Notes: generated by a model from the letters alone, not told the origin. Shown: positions 9,301 to 18,613, counted from the stretch's first letter. The stretch is DNA of 64,000 nt from Candidatus Atabeyarchaeum deiterrae (GCA_037310415.1 CP147780.1:1024001-1088000), one strand, 5' to 3'. Translations and numbers: made by a program.

Positions 9301-10453
9301 GGGAAAAACAAAAGAAGACATTTTGACAATCCTCCACGACATAGGACCAATCCAATGGTCTGATTCGATAGCAATTAGAGTTGAGAAGTTTAACCCGAAT
9401 GACTTGGACGAACTGAAGTGGAGAGAGCGAAAAATAGCACATGGGAAGTTTCTAGGCGAAAACATAACTCAAGTACCAGTAGATGAGCTGCTCGATTACT
9501 ATTATGCTTCAAGACCACGCTTTCTCGTCCTTGGGTACGACGAACAAAGGGTGTTGGACATACTACAGGAATTCGGACCATTGGCTGAGAAGGAGATCGC
9601 AGCGAAAATGAATCTGGACATAGACTCTGCACAAAGAGCTATCGAGAACACAGAGAAAGCTGCCAGAATCGTCAGAGTTAGGAGAAGTGAATCACTTTAC
9701 TCATCTGATGTTTGGCTTTACGACGTGATAGACCACTATTTGCCGAATGGCATAGCGGAATTTGAAAGCACAAATCCCAAAGAATCACGGAAGAAGATAA
9801 TACTGAAATTCCTTGCCGCAAATGGACCGGTCAGCCTGAGACAGATTGAAGAATGGTCCCACATCGAACCTTCGGAGATAAAACCAGCGCTGTCAGAGCT
9901 CGAGGCGGAAGGAAAGATAACATCAAACGTCTACATTGAAGGAATCGCAGGAAGAAGGTACGCCAGAAAAGAAGACTTGTCAGAGCTCCGAAACCTTGAA
10001 GAACTATATGTTTCGCAGAAATTGAGTGGCGAACCACCCTATTATGTCATAGTCCCAAGCTATGACTCTATGGTTAGAACATGGAAAGACGAGCTTCTCA
10101 GAAGATTCTCTATGGGGTTAATAGAGCTGGGAGCAGACTATTACATGCTTGCACTCAGATCGGGTAAATCTGCAGCAGCGATGCAGGTGCACTACGACAT
10201 AAACACTCTACGAATACATGACATGGAGATACTTAGTGACTTTGAAAGTGAGACCACGTCTTCAGTCATCAAGGAAATCGAAAAAGTAGCGCGTGAATCA
10301 AGAAAAATGGAGATTCAAATCGAACACATAGACGGCAGAGCAGTTGAAGATAAACTGAACAGACAACTACATGATCGATTTCTCGGAAGCGGGTTCCAAA
10401 CTGATAATAAGGGAGTTCTGCACAAAGATGTTGCGAAGCCCGATCGCGCCTAA
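3395..10453 (+). CDS. lhr: Lhr-family SF2 ATP-dependent helicase with a very long C-terminal array of winged-helix / AlkZ-YcaQ-like modules
   Basis: SPTGSGKT, YVSPLRALNND, RTGDT, ITTPE, VDEIH, SAT, HHGSL, LELGIDIG, QRIGRAGH, VPSWSGE, FRHCA are the Lhr core (about aa 1-870). About 1480 aa of repeats follow. Confidence 0.92.
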   Translation: MTISFIKEPPYSEKETLDRLRPYVAQWFRETFQEMTPPQTYAIPLIHEDRNTLIFSPTGSGKTLAAFLSMIDKLFAMGEKGELDETIYVLYVSPLRALNNDIRRNLMIPLEGIREISRKGNLELPLINLAVRTGDTPQNERSKMLRHPPHILITTPETLSIILTSPKFSQKLKTVKWVIVDEIHELCDSKRGVHLSLSLERLQNLIGVDKEFVRVGCSATQAPVEEIARFLVGYRDDDSFRDCDIVDVYSTKSLDIRVLCPVANLAYASYDSATDSMYDLLKKQIDSHRTTLIFTNTRSGTERVSFRLKELYGEEHVDQLAAHHGSLSRDTRLDVEERLKKGMLKAVVSSTSLELGIDIGYVDLVSQIGSPKSVAKGLQRIGRAGHALHETSIGRLLVFDLDDLVECTVLVKSAYEGKIDRVAIPRNCLDVLCQHIVGMSIQSRWSVADAYQLVKRSYCYHELSFQDFMSVVKYLSGEHVSLEERGVYRKIWFDEEQQVFGRKRGARMIYFLNVGTIPEEANYRVLLEEYRNPLGQLSESFVERLQPGDIFVLGGRAYEFKRTSGMKVYVGPAFGRRPTVPSWSGEMLPRSFDLSCEIGKFRQELSDRIRKEGLDVARRWLLEEYKVDERSAESILVYFRNQLAITGTVPTDKRIIIEGYIDKKGRLNIVFHSVYGRRVNDALSRVYAYAVSKLARANVATAILDDGFVITLPAGRMIDLAGIPPLVTPDNVGVYIRKAIRRTELFKQRFRHCAVRSFMVLKMYKGWEISVSRQQTRAVKVLDLLEGTDDFPVVKETYREILEDVMDLPNATSIVKGIYDGEIDIRVLPLTDVPSPFSHSLILVGAEDVVLMEDRGALLRELHRQVLARVVGEAGEALFSEEIVQTLYNQRQHVTPESHGKVKEDIPRILHDIGPSELFRDTYPTILNRMVVDPDTTRNWARELVADRQLIIIRTAKGELDGVTIDDFPMYYHVFKTSLSDPDELENRIIRTLNENPLQTNELQEILNVKDAELRRALRRLERAMLIVRSKYVPEGSAKDEVRETTWNLLSKHMPKEIILRLDETDPEDEKEKAARQFLWSHGPCISSEVGLCLNMTEEEAERILKRLERTGEVFSGNFIASKPPAQYLIAEDRELLKQLEKGREPTRFSEAVVTQLVLEKQHLTSTTKGRGEEDVIRIIGEIGPIQTHRALYHRIEGFDWDSLRRLRAGDRRIVVGRFTERGLSYISTSDLPIYLALHETSQSNLSNIDQMILNTIIRENPITKGRIIALMAVDKPTAEESLERLEESLLIVRTVPPETEMEIQQITLYEPMENYASQFKKLSREEALRAIALKTIETHGPITIQGIISLTNLPYDEIEGTLTTLRREGLILSGQFIEGIPIETYVIARDLPMLRELSDRLSANTPRDDEIPYDGRIMVDVLSNLDPYTWRVAQQLTDLYGSSFLNPIIVDGTLVGAADVRVTQDLLHVADMKLSDVLSERLNLVKRIGQRFIDIALYYGLMAVEVEFIWGQPAVSDKNEKIVKTFTELGFEIVGDRLCWGETPSEIFDEHVVREFQLKKQHVHPETRGKTKQDISRIIDDIVGVRLPWEDKLNIRVEGLKREWVEELLKKDRVLVQDALFSLKPMIVPVADWSTYWWASKTPLKLGIDHISLLKIIRETGPISKKALIRRSLMHQLDAEQILSVLSDMRLALSIGGLAAASVWVATDKWFPPTVKAREYVEPHDARRKIILRFLRSLGPLTVSQLRELTGFHSRQVRLCLMELRDQGKIGLGRFSRSARTQIQFVALDDLDELHSLSSTLNRGSKRLGRSLTIPPGDPLYYAIREEIKDNFKTSWCYSICLDDGSVAAVYKSKGVKKRHFVVTDLLILSIHCDNKDVINNVIDQIDEVARYSGSLDIELKMINEKAVTYEGNQGIVELFKLRGYKVGGTVLYKAFSVAVQPSGKEVFAEDVCIEFLMQRQHLAPLYQGKTKEDILTILHDIGPIQWSDSIAIRVEKFNPNDLDELKWRERKIAHGKFLGENITQVPVDELLDYYYASRPRFLVLGYDEQRVLDILQEFGPLAEKEIAAKMNLDIDSAQRAIENTEKAARIVRVRRSESLYSSDVWLYDVIDHYLPNGIAEFESTNPKESRKKIILKFLAANGPVSLRQIEEWSHIEPSEIKPALSELEAEGKITSNVYIEGIAGRRYARKEDLSELRNLEELYVSQKLSGEPPYYVIVPSYDSMVRTWKDELLRRFSMGLIELGADYYMLALRSGKSAAAMQVHYDINTLRIHDMEILSDFESETTSSVIKEIEKVARESRKMEIQIEHIDGRAVEDKLNRQLHDRFLGSGFQTDNKGVLHKDVAKPDRA

Positions 10454-10561
10454 CGGCGAGTTCTGGGGAACGTAGTTCATTGACATGTATTCTCCAGTAA
10501 CGAAAGGCGCCAGGAAAAAATAAATATCAAAGCAGGGAATATAGGAGAGCTTTATCCAAAA

Positions 10562-11185
10562 ATGTCGGTATGGTTGAGATACAAGGAAGAGATGTCTCAT
10601 GTTAAGAGCTATCTCATAGAAACCGCTCCAAGTGCCACGGAACTATATTTTCCGTTCACCGACCCACAATACAAGTGGCAACACACTCTGCTCGTGTTGA
10701 AAAGCGGATTGCTTCTTGCAAGAGAGGAAAAAGCGAACACGGATGTAGTTGCACTTGCAGCAATCTTCCATGATGTTTGTTACTATACTGCTGAATATAA
10801 GGACCATGGGCACGAAGGGGCTAAATACGCAACAGAATACTTGAAAAAGAGAAACTGCTCGAATGAGTTAATCGCAAACGTGTCCTACGCGATAGATGTC
10901 CATGTAGGAGAAATGAATCCAAGAACAGTTGAGGCAAGAATAATCCAAGACGCAGACACGATAGACAAGGTCGGTGCGATAGGTGCAACCTTAATACTAT
11001 TGAATGCTGGGGCAAACAAGCTTCTCTTCCTCGACGCAATTAAGAAATACAAGACTGATTACCTTGGAAAGCTCGACTTCATGGTAAACTCGATATGGAC
11101 GAACAAAGCCAAGCAAATAATATCTGAGCGAACGAGCTTCTTGATCGGATTTTTCAAACAGTTGGAGGCTGAGTTGACAGATTGA
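10562..11185 (+). CDS. HD-domain phosphohydrolase
   Basis: WQHTLLV, AAIFHDV, DHG, IDVH, IIQDAD(T)IDKVGAIG. Confidence 0.85.
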   Translation: MSVWLRYKEEMSHVKSYLIETAPSATELYFPFTDPQYKWQHTLLVLKSGLLLAREEKANTDVVALAAIFHDVCYYTAEYKDHGHEGAKYATEYLKKRNCSNELIANVSYAIDVHVGEMNPRTVEARIIQDADTIDKVGAIGATLILLNAGANKLLFLDAIKKYKTDYLGKLDFMVNSIWTNKAKQIISERTSFLIGFFKQLEAELTD

Positions 11186-11427
11186 CTTGAATCGGCTTCT
11201 TCAACTAGTATTCTCGTTTCCAAGAGTCAGAGAAATCATCGCCAAAACATTAATTGGAGACACTAAACTAGGGTATTGTTGAATTTCTGCGTCCTGAAAA
11301 TAGTCAAAGTTATTAGGAGTGGGAGTTAGACGTGCCGAGAGAGGTTGTTACCTCTAATCCCCTGATACCTTCAGCAGATAACAAGAGAATCAGTTCACAG
11401 AGAATGAAGCATTGGAGGAAATCGTAA

Positions 11428-12888
11428 ATGCCAGTACCACGTCACGTTCAGAAGATAGTTGATTCATGGGCGGTCTACAAGAATGACGTTGACGATCCGA
11501 CGTTCAAATCCTGGAGAGAGATTGAAGAAATCCGAAGCAAGAGCCTGCAAAAACAGATCAAGCTCTGTAATCAGTATAGTAAGTTTTACAAGGAGTTTTT
11601 CAAGCGACACAGAATCAGCCCAGACACCATCAAGACCACAGATGACTTGCAGAAAATGCCTCTGTCATTCAAGAAGGACTATATGGCCGACCCATTGGCA
11701 TTCAAACTCGAATTCGATAGGCTTGGCCTGTATGATGCAATCTGGGACATTTCCTACACAACGGGCACGACTTCGGGACGCCCTTCACCTTTCTACAGTA
11801 CAGTCCACGATCACTACTCATCAATGCTGCAAGCCATAAGATCATTCAAAATCGGCGGTGGACCAACACCGGACGACCTCATGATCAATCTTTTCCCCTT
11901 AGGTCCAATTCCACACATTGGATGGGGTAAGACCGTTGAGTACCCTATCGCATGCGGGATACCTGTTGTATGCGCGAATGTTGGATCCCCAAATCCCGAG
12001 TTTCCAGTCCATCGTAAGATGCAGTTCGCAATAGAGCTTATTGAGAAGTACTCAAAGATGCAGAAGGAGAGTAACCGCTCGGTAATCTTCATGGGAGTCG
12101 CCTCATTCATAAGAAGACTACTAATGCTCGCCGAGAAACAAGGTCGAGACTTCAGCGCCGTTCGCATGGTGAGAGCACTCGGTGAAGCTGCGCCCAAGGA
12201 ACTGCGTGACGATATCAGAACGAGACTACAGAATATGGGTGCAGGCGAGGTATTTGTAGGCAACGATTACGGTTTCACTGAACTACAGGGCTCAACAACT
12301 GAATGTGTTGAACTCGGCGGATGTCACAACCCCTCGCCAGAACTATATTACCTCGAGGTTGTTAACCCAGAGACCGGGGAGCGTCTGGAAGACGGGAAAG
12401 AAGGCGCACTAGCAATAACCCATCTTAACCGACGAGGAACAGTCCTGCTTCGATATGTCATAGGCGACTTGGTAGCTATAACGAGAGAAACATGTCCGAA
12501 CTGTGGAAGAAACGGAGAACGCATAATAGTCGTTGCAGGGAGCACGTATGCGACGAGACAAAGCGAACTGCTCAAGGTAAAGGGAGTACTGATCAACCCC
12601 GAAATATTGAGAAACGAGGTTGCCACAACTGCTGGTGTGGGAGAGTACTGTTTCGTCTTGAAGAAAGAGGATCCAAGTGATCCCTACTCCGCAGATGTGC
12701 TAGAACTAAGGGTTGCTCTACTTGAAGGAGTCAACAAGAGCGACTTGGAAAAGGAACTGTCCGAAAAGGTCTTCAACGCTGTCGAGGTTCGACCAAAGGT
12801 GGTGTTCCAAGACATGAACGCAATCTTCGACCCAACCGTCAGTTTGAAAGCCCAACGCGTACTTGACTTCAGACCCAAGACCAAGTAG
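11428..12888 (+). CDS. Phenylacetate-CoA ligase family (PaaK-like) adenylate-forming enzyme
   Basis: YTTGTTSGRP, DYGFTE, YLEVVNPETG, LLRYVIGD, LLKVKGVLINP, KAQRVLDFR. Confidence 0.85.
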   Translation: MPVPRHVQKIVDSWAVYKNDVDDPTFKSWREIEEIRSKSLQKQIKLCNQYSKFYKEFFKRHRISPDTIKTTDDLQKMPLSFKKDYMADPLAFKLEFDRLGLYDAIWDISYTTGTTSGRPSPFYSTVHDHYSSMLQAIRSFKIGGGPTPDDLMINLFPLGPIPHIGWGKTVEYPIACGIPVVCANVGSPNPEFPVHRKMQFAIELIEKYSKMQKESNRSVIFMGVASFIRRLLMLAEKQGRDFSAVRMVRALGEAAPKELRDDIRTRLQNMGAGEVFVGNDYGFTELQGSTTECVELGGCHNPSPELYYLEVVNPETGERLEDGKEGALAITHLNRRGTVLLRYVIGDLVAITRETCPNCGRNGERIIVVAGSTYATRQSELLKVKGVLINPEILRNEVATTAGVGEYCFVLKKEDPSDPYSADVLELRVALLEGVNKSDLEKELSEKVFNAVEVRPKVVFQDMNAIFDPTVSLKAQRVLDFRPKTK

Positions 12889-13096
12889 TAGAGAGAGTAA
12901 GACATCGTGGACCCTAGATTAGGGCAATTCTCATTCTCACTTTTCTCTATTTCACAACCGTCATGCTTCCAGATTTGCTCTGAAGGGTGGAAATACCCAA
13001 TAAACTGAGACTCACGCAACCGGATGGATTCCTGTTCTTCTCTGAAAAATCATAAATAGAGGTCAGAAGCCAATGTTCTTCACAGTATAGTGCCAG

Positions 13097-14101
13097 TTGG
13101 TGTCAAGCAATATGTCGCTCCTTACCGAGGCTATCATCATTACCATAATTGTTCTTAGCTGCCTAGTAGTAGCGTATGCTACAGATCATAAGATTCGTCA
13201 AGCCCAAAAGCGAATCGCAGAGACAAGCACGCGTATCGCAACGCTGAGGCGCAGTAGCCAAGAAGGCTCAAAAGCAAACATGCGAGAACTAGAGCGCTCT
13301 TTAGGCAAGTTAAGAGAGGGGCTCAGAGAAGCGGAGAATTCATCGCTATTTCCACTTGATACAAAGAGCGGCTCCCTTTCGGAAAAGATACGTTCCTCGC
13401 TCCCGTATATTATTGGAATCACAATAGGTTCAGTTCTTGGAGTTTTGCTGATAGTGTATTTCCACCTGCCCGTAATTCTCCTTGTTGGACTATTTACTTT
13501 GGCCACGTTCGTGGGCTCAATGGGATTCTTCCTTGAATTCACCCGTGGCGAAAGAAAGGCCGTGGCATTGTCAACAATTCCAGCAGGGCTTTACGTGTTG
13601 ACTCAGATCCTCGTCATTTTGGGACTCTTTGACTACGTATTCTGGTTATTTGACATAGTGGTAATAATAACGATAATTGGCGCATCGATAATAATCGGGA
13701 AGGAACTTCCCCTTGAGGTTGTCATTATTATTGTGGCAATTCTGTCAATATGGGACATCTACGCTGTTTTGGCAACCAATATCATGGAGAACGCTGTGCT
13801 GAGCCTGCCTAACACCCTCTTCAGTATCATGATTCCAGCAGGACTCACCAATAGTGGTTTGTACTATGGCTTGATAGGAGGTGGAGACCTTTTCTTCTCG
13901 TACTTGCTAGTTACAACATTTACGCGAAGACTGAAGGCGGTTCCAGTCGCTCTCGTGGCACTAATAGCCGCCTCCATACTTGGATTGACAGTTGTCATGG
14001 TGATTTTCGCTGCGAGGTTTGCTCCCGCCTTGCCCTCGGTTCTGACAGCAGGACTGCTTTCAAGTGCATACTACCTCAAGAGGCTGAAGAAATCGGTTTA
14101 G
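13097..14101 (+). CDS. Presenilin / signal-peptide-peptidase-like (A22, GxGD) intramembrane aspartyl protease
   Basis: About 9-10 hydrophobic segments; SIWDIYAV (YD-equivalent), IGGGDL (GxGD), C-terminal PALP. The start may be GTG 13100 or ATG 13112. Confidence 0.8.
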   Translation: MVSSNMSLLTEAIIITIIVLSCLVVAYATDHKIRQAQKRIAETSTRIATLRRSSQEGSKANMRELERSLGKLREGLREAENSSLFPLDTKSGSLSEKIRSSLPYIIGITIGSVLGVLLIVYFHLPVILLVGLFTLATFVGSMGFFLEFTRGERKAVALSTIPAGLYVLTQILVILGLFDYVFWLFDIVVIITIIGASIIIGKELPLEVVIIIVAILSIWDIYAVLATNIMENAVLSLPNTLFSIMIPAGLTNSGLYYGLIGGGDLFFSYLLVTTFTRRLKAVPVALVALIAASILGLTVVMVIFAARFAPALPSVLTAGLLSSAYYLKRLKKSV

Positions 14102-14288
14102 CTAGGAAGATATAGCATCCATATTCTCGTATGATGTCCAGAGAACGGACATGCAAATGGACACTTTATATTCGATCCTTACCATTCTGAAAACACTAGC
14201 AACTGTTTAAGAGAAACCCAAGCTTACTTCAAGCAGAGGCACTAAACCCTGCTTTATGCAAGGCATTGAACTGTCGGTAGGATAGAAC

Positions 14289-15662
14289 ATGTCGGATGGC
14301 TTTGATAACAAGAATGACATTACAAACGAAAGCCATTGGCTCCTATCCTTGCTCAAGGGTACTGGGGTCCCAGCTTCAGACCTATCCTACGACTTGAATC
14401 TACTCCGAGGCAGAGCTTCGAAGAGCAACATGTGCGTTTTGTGCAAAGGGGGAAAGTTTCTCTGCGGCAAACTGAGATGCTCAGTCTTAGCCAAAGCTTT
14501 GACCTACAGGAGGATTGCAAAATCCATTGACAGAGTTGACCTTAACGGAGCATCACCACCGGGAGTTTTCATAGGCAGAATGGGATACCCCCATGTATAC
14601 GCTGGACCACTCGTGCCGCCGATCCATGGCGACACCTACATCATGGATGTTCCCGAACTCTGGGGTCCTTGCGGATTCAGGAAATCGATAGATGACATAA
14701 TTGACTTCAGGTTGAATCTCGTAAGGGGCAAGACTCGCATGAACGTAAATGCAGCCTCAATGAATTCGGCCGGGAAGTCGATGGATGTGATCACCGAACT
14801 CGCATTAGCGAGGAATCCTGTCGAGACTGAGATGCTGCTGAGACATAAGCCAAGTGGATCAATAGTCTTGGATGACGACATACAACCTTTTGGTCCTTCT
14901 GCTCTAATCGAGAAAGTGAAAGTCGGGAATGTCTATTGGGATCCTCAGATCGAGAAGGCCTACTACGACCATGACTTGAAGGCATCCGACGCAGTTTTCT
15001 CCACATATGATAAAGGCACTCTGGTCTCAAGGATCCAGAAGGCTTTCAGCGTAGGAGCATTCGGAGTCAAAGAAAGGAGAAAACTCGTACCAACGCGCTG
15101 GAGCATAACTGCCGTTGACAGCATAATATCAAAGACCTTACTTGAGAAAGTAAAGACTCAACCACTAATCAACGAGTATAGGATCTACGAGTCAAGCTAT
15201 CTGGACAATCGCTGGATCATCCTAATGGCTCCACTTTCATGGACCTATGAACTTGTTGAAGCATGGTACCCTGGCACCACATGGAACCCGGACAGCAGGA
15301 ATATTGTAATATTCTCAGACCATGAAATGTTCGAAGGTCGCACAGCCTATCCAGACATAGGCGGATGCTATTTTGCAGCGAGACTTGCGATCGCAGAGAA
15401 ACTCGCTGCTGATCAACGCCAGGCAACTGCAATCGTGCTCAGAGAATCTCACCCAGGGTACATAGTACCCGCGGGAGTGTGGAATGTCCGGGAAAGCGTC
15501 AGAGGCGCGATGAGAGATCCACCCACAAAATACAGCAACCTTCGAGACGCAATGAACTACATATCCTCCAAGTTCGACATACCGTTACCAAAATGGGTTA
15601 AGACCAGCAAGCTGCTCTATGAACTGCTCCACCAAACAAGGATCGACGAGTTTCGATCCTGA
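14289..15662 (+). CDS. nreA: Nre-family DNA repair protein with C-terminal PIP box
   Basis: CVLCKGGKFLCGKLRC zinc motif, SPPGVFIGRMGYP, RKLVPTRWSITAVD, GGCYFAARLA, GVWNVRESVR, C-terminal QTRIDEF. Confidence 0.92.
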   Translation: MSDGFDNKNDITNESHWLLSLLKGTGVPASDLSYDLNLLRGRASKSNMCVLCKGGKFLCGKLRCSVLAKALTYRRIAKSIDRVDLNGASPPGVFIGRMGYPHVYAGPLVPPIHGDTYIMDVPELWGPCGFRKSIDDIIDFRLNLVRGKTRMNVNAASMNSAGKSMDVITELALARNPVETEMLLRHKPSGSIVLDDDIQPFGPSALIEKVKVGNVYWDPQIEKAYYDHDLKASDAVFSTYDKGTLVSRIQKAFSVGAFGVKERRKLVPTRWSITAVDSIISKTLLEKVKTQPLINEYRIYESSYLDNRWIILMAPLSWTYELVEAWYPGTTWNPDSRNIVIFSDHEMFEGRTAYPDIGGCYFAARLAIAEKLAADQRQATAIVLRESHPGYIVPAGVWNVRESVRGAMRDPPTKYSNLRDAMNYISSKFDIPLPKWVKTSKLLYELLHQTRIDEFRS

Positions 15663-15710
15663 AAGCGTCTCACAAACTCAGTCCACTGACGGGACGCAAG
15701 TGACAGACGC

Positions 15711-15718
15711 TTTATATA
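15711..15718 (+). promoter_or_regulatory. Archaeal TATA box, probably driving a leaderless transcript of the thioredoxin-like gene
   Basis: TTTATATA ends about 24 nt before ATG 15742, and there is no obvious RBS. Confidence 0.5.
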
Positions 15719-15741
15719 GATTCTCTTATTGGTAGAAACAT

Positions 15742-16176
15742 ATGAGCGTCAACACGGCAGAGTTCATGGAACTTGAAAAAGAAGTATCCTCGTCGGGCAA
15801 ATCATTCAGGGAACTTCTTGCTCCCGAATTAGGGAAGGTTTACATTGTTGCCATTACTCGGGATGGTTGCCCTGCATGCGCAAGACAGAAACCCAGATTT
15901 GATAACTTGGCAAGCGACATGCTAAGGAAGCATAGGAACAAGCTTGTTTTTGTTCGGATTCATGTCAACAGACTGCCCGATTCGGAAGATGAATCACTTA
16001 GAAGCAAGAACTTGCTCGGTCATTATTTCTATCCGACAAACCTGATCCTGATTAGAACGAAGGATAGAGGAGCGATAGAATGCTACAGAAACATCGCAAC
16101 AAGAATGACTGAGCTAAGAAACAATGTCGAAGCGTTAATAGAGACCGCGACCGCAATGGCAAAGGACATGGGTTGA
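15742..16176 (+). CDS. Thioredoxin-fold protein
   Basis: CPAC active-site motif and cis-Pro-type FYPT motif. Confidence 0.7.
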   Translation: MSVNTAEFMELEKEVSSSGKSFRELLAPELGKVYIVAITRDGCPACARQKPRFDNLASDMLRKHRNKLVFVRIHVNRLPDSEDESLRSKNLLGHYFYPTNLILIRTKDRGAIECYRNIATRMTELRNNVEALIETATAMAKDMG

Positions 16177-16418
16177 GATCCACTCAAGAAACCACATGAT
16201 TATCACAGGATCCACTGAAGATGGCAACCTTGCTCACTGGAACTATGGGTAGCGTCAAGGAGGGACGTGCGTCTCTGCTTCTCCCCAACTCGTTTCAAAC
16301 TGGTCACATTGAGCATTTCCCACTTCGCATTTACAGCAGTGTTTCACGGCAATAAAGTATTTTACAGCCATAAAACATATATTCTCACGATGTACATCTG
16401 ATGAAGGGAGTGTTAAAA

Positions 16419-17498
16419 ATGGTGAAAGAGATACGTGTAGCCATAGTTGGCCTTGGAAACTGCGCATCCACTTTGGTTCAGGGCCTCACTTACTACAAGA
16501 ATGTTGGAAAGAATGATAGCGTCCCTGGGTTGATGCACAGCGAGCTTGGAGGATACAAGTTAAGCGATGTCAAGGTTGTTGCGGCTTTTGACGTTAACAA
16601 GTACAAGATAGGGCATGATATAAGCGAAGCCATCTTTGCCAATCCAAACGTTGCTGAACGCTTTGCTGAGGTAAAGAAGCTGGGAGTTCAAGTACAGGCT
16701 GGTCCCATTCTTGATGGCGTAGCTCCCCACATGTTCGATTCATTTCACGTATATGGTGATGGAGTCAAACCTGTCGATGCAGTTAAAGTGTTGAAAGATT
16801 CAGGCGCTGAAATACTCATCAACTATCTTCCAGTTGGAAGCAAAGATGCTACTAGGTTCTACGCCCAAGCATGCCTTGATTCTGGGTGCGCCATGGTGAA
16901 TTGCATCCCAGAGTTCATAACGTCTGATCCTGCTTGGGCAAACAAGTTCTTGGAGAAAAAGCTGCCAATAGCCGGTGACGACGTTAAGAGCCAAGTAGGG
17001 GCGACGATTATTCACAGGGCATTAGTGAACCTGATGATAGAGCGAGGCGCGCGGATAGAGGAGACGTATCAATTGAACGTGGGTGGGGATACCGACTTCG
17101 AGAACATGTTGGACGAAAACAGACTTGTCTCAAAGAGAATCAGCAAGACGCAGGCAGTCACAAGCCTTTCCGAGTACAGCTTCCCGACAAGAATTGGTCC
17201 ATCCGACTATGTGAGCTTCCTTGGAGACAAGAAGATTTGCTACATATACATTAAGGGGCGACTGTTCGGCGATAGACCAGTAACAATCGACCTCAAGTTG
17301 TCGGTCGAAGACTCACCTGACAGCGCAGGCGTGGTTGTGGATGTTGTCAGAGGAACCAAGGTGGCACTAGATCGAGGAATCGCTGGACCACTCGAAAGTA
17401 TATCTTCATATGCGTTCAAACACCCACCCGTGATGGTTCCTGACGCAGTCGCGAGACAGTGGTTCCAAGACTTCGTTGATGGGAAGAGAGAAAGATAA
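16419..17498 (+). CDS. ino1: myo-inositol-1-phosphate synthase
   Basis: IRVAIVGLGNCAS, NYLPVGS, GDDVKSQVGAT, QLNVGGDTDF, IGPSDY, VEDSPDSAG, FKHPP. ATG 16419 follows GGGAG. Confidence 0.95.
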   Translation: MVKEIRVAIVGLGNCASTLVQGLTYYKNVGKNDSVPGLMHSELGGYKLSDVKVVAAFDVNKYKIGHDISEAIFANPNVAERFAEVKKLGVQVQAGPILDGVAPHMFDSFHVYGDGVKPVDAVKVLKDSGAEILINYLPVGSKDATRFYAQACLDSGCAMVNCIPEFITSDPAWANKFLEKKLPIAGDDVKSQVGATIIHRALVNLMIERGARIEETYQLNVGGDTDFENMLDENRLVSKRISKTQAVTSLSEYSFPTRIGPSDYVSFLGDKKICYIYIKGRLFGDRPVTIDLKLSVEDSPDSAGVVVDVVRGTKVALDRGIAGPLESISSYAFKHPPVMVPDAVARQWFQDFVDGKRER

Positions 17499-17794
17499 CG
17501 TCAACATTGCCAGATTTGAGTCACCGACTTCATTGTGTCTTAGAGAACGATTCCGATCGTTCTACCTGCCAGACCATGGAAGGGAGGAGACTATGAACCA
17601 TGCTCAGCAGTTTCGGATCTTTCTGCTCTTCTCCACCACTTCGGACTTTGACCGAATGAAAACTTCGCAATATTCCGATTCAGCTGAAGGCACGGAGGAG
17701 CAACTCTATTAAAGTCGCGGTCTCCGTACTTTATATTCAGCCAATATACAATACTTAGCCATAAATCATTTCATAATTGTCGGAGAGATGACCA

Positions 17795-18613
17795 TTGAGT
17801 GCAGGAAACGTAACTGAGAAGAGCATTCTGAAGTCAAAGCTGATCCTCATACCTATGGCGATAATGGTGTACTTGATCGCTGTCTATGCTATTCGGCCGT
17901 TCGTAGTCGAAGGATTTGCCTGGTTTATTCTTGACTTGAATTCCGTGGTTCTTGCGTTAGTTGCTGTCCTTGTGTTCGCTATTGTTGCCCATCGATTTGG
18001 ATGGCTTAAGACCAGACCAGGCCAGATATCTGTGATTCTCGTTATCGGGTTCATCCTTTGGACTTTGGCGGAGACATTCTGGTTATGGTACGAATCAGTT
18101 GGCTTGAATCCATTCCCCTCGATAGCAGATTTCTTCTATATTGCGGGATACTTCCCATTTGCCATCGCTTTATTGCTGAATATAAGAACAATTCATGTAA
18201 AATTCAAATTGCCAATACTAATTCTTTGGATCGCACTTTCTCTTATTGCATTTGCAGTCATAGCAATCATAGATGTTGCGCCAATTCTTCAAGGCGCGGT
18301 TAACCCGGAAGACATCATTGGTATAGTCTATCCCTTGGAAGACCTTGTGATTATTGTCCTTGCTTTGGTTATAGTGCTCAAGTTCCGAGCCGGGGAAATT
18401 GCAAAGGCTTGGGGTGTGCTGGTACTTGGTTTCATCCTGGAAGCGATAGGCGACATCTTGTTCTTGTACGAGCAGAATACTGGAATCTACCAGACTACCG
18501 GGCCCTATGACATAGTAGACCTCATTCTTAGCCTAGGGTACGTAGCTTTTATTGCAAGTGGACTGCTCTTTATCTCGACATTCGGTGCGCGAGGTGGACG
18601 CAAGAGTGCTTAG
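17795..18613 (+). CDS. 8-TM membrane protein resembling stand-alone integral-membrane sensor domains
   Basis: Eight hydrophobic helices; PFPSIADFFYIAGY and YPLEDL motifs; no cytoplasmic output domain. Confidence 0.7.
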   Translation: MSAGNVTEKSILKSKLILIPMAIMVYLIAVYAIRPFVVEGFAWFILDLNSVVLALVAVLVFAIVAHRFGWLKTRPGQISVILVIGFILWTLAETFWLWYESVGLNPFPSIADFFYIAGYFPFAIALLLNIRTIHVKFKLPILILWIALSLIAFAVIAIIDVAPILQGAVNPEDIIGIVYPLEDLVIIVLALVIVLKFRAGEIAKAWGVLVLGFILEAIGDILFLYEQNTGIYQTTGPYDIVDLILSLGYVAFIASGLLFISTFGARGGRKSA

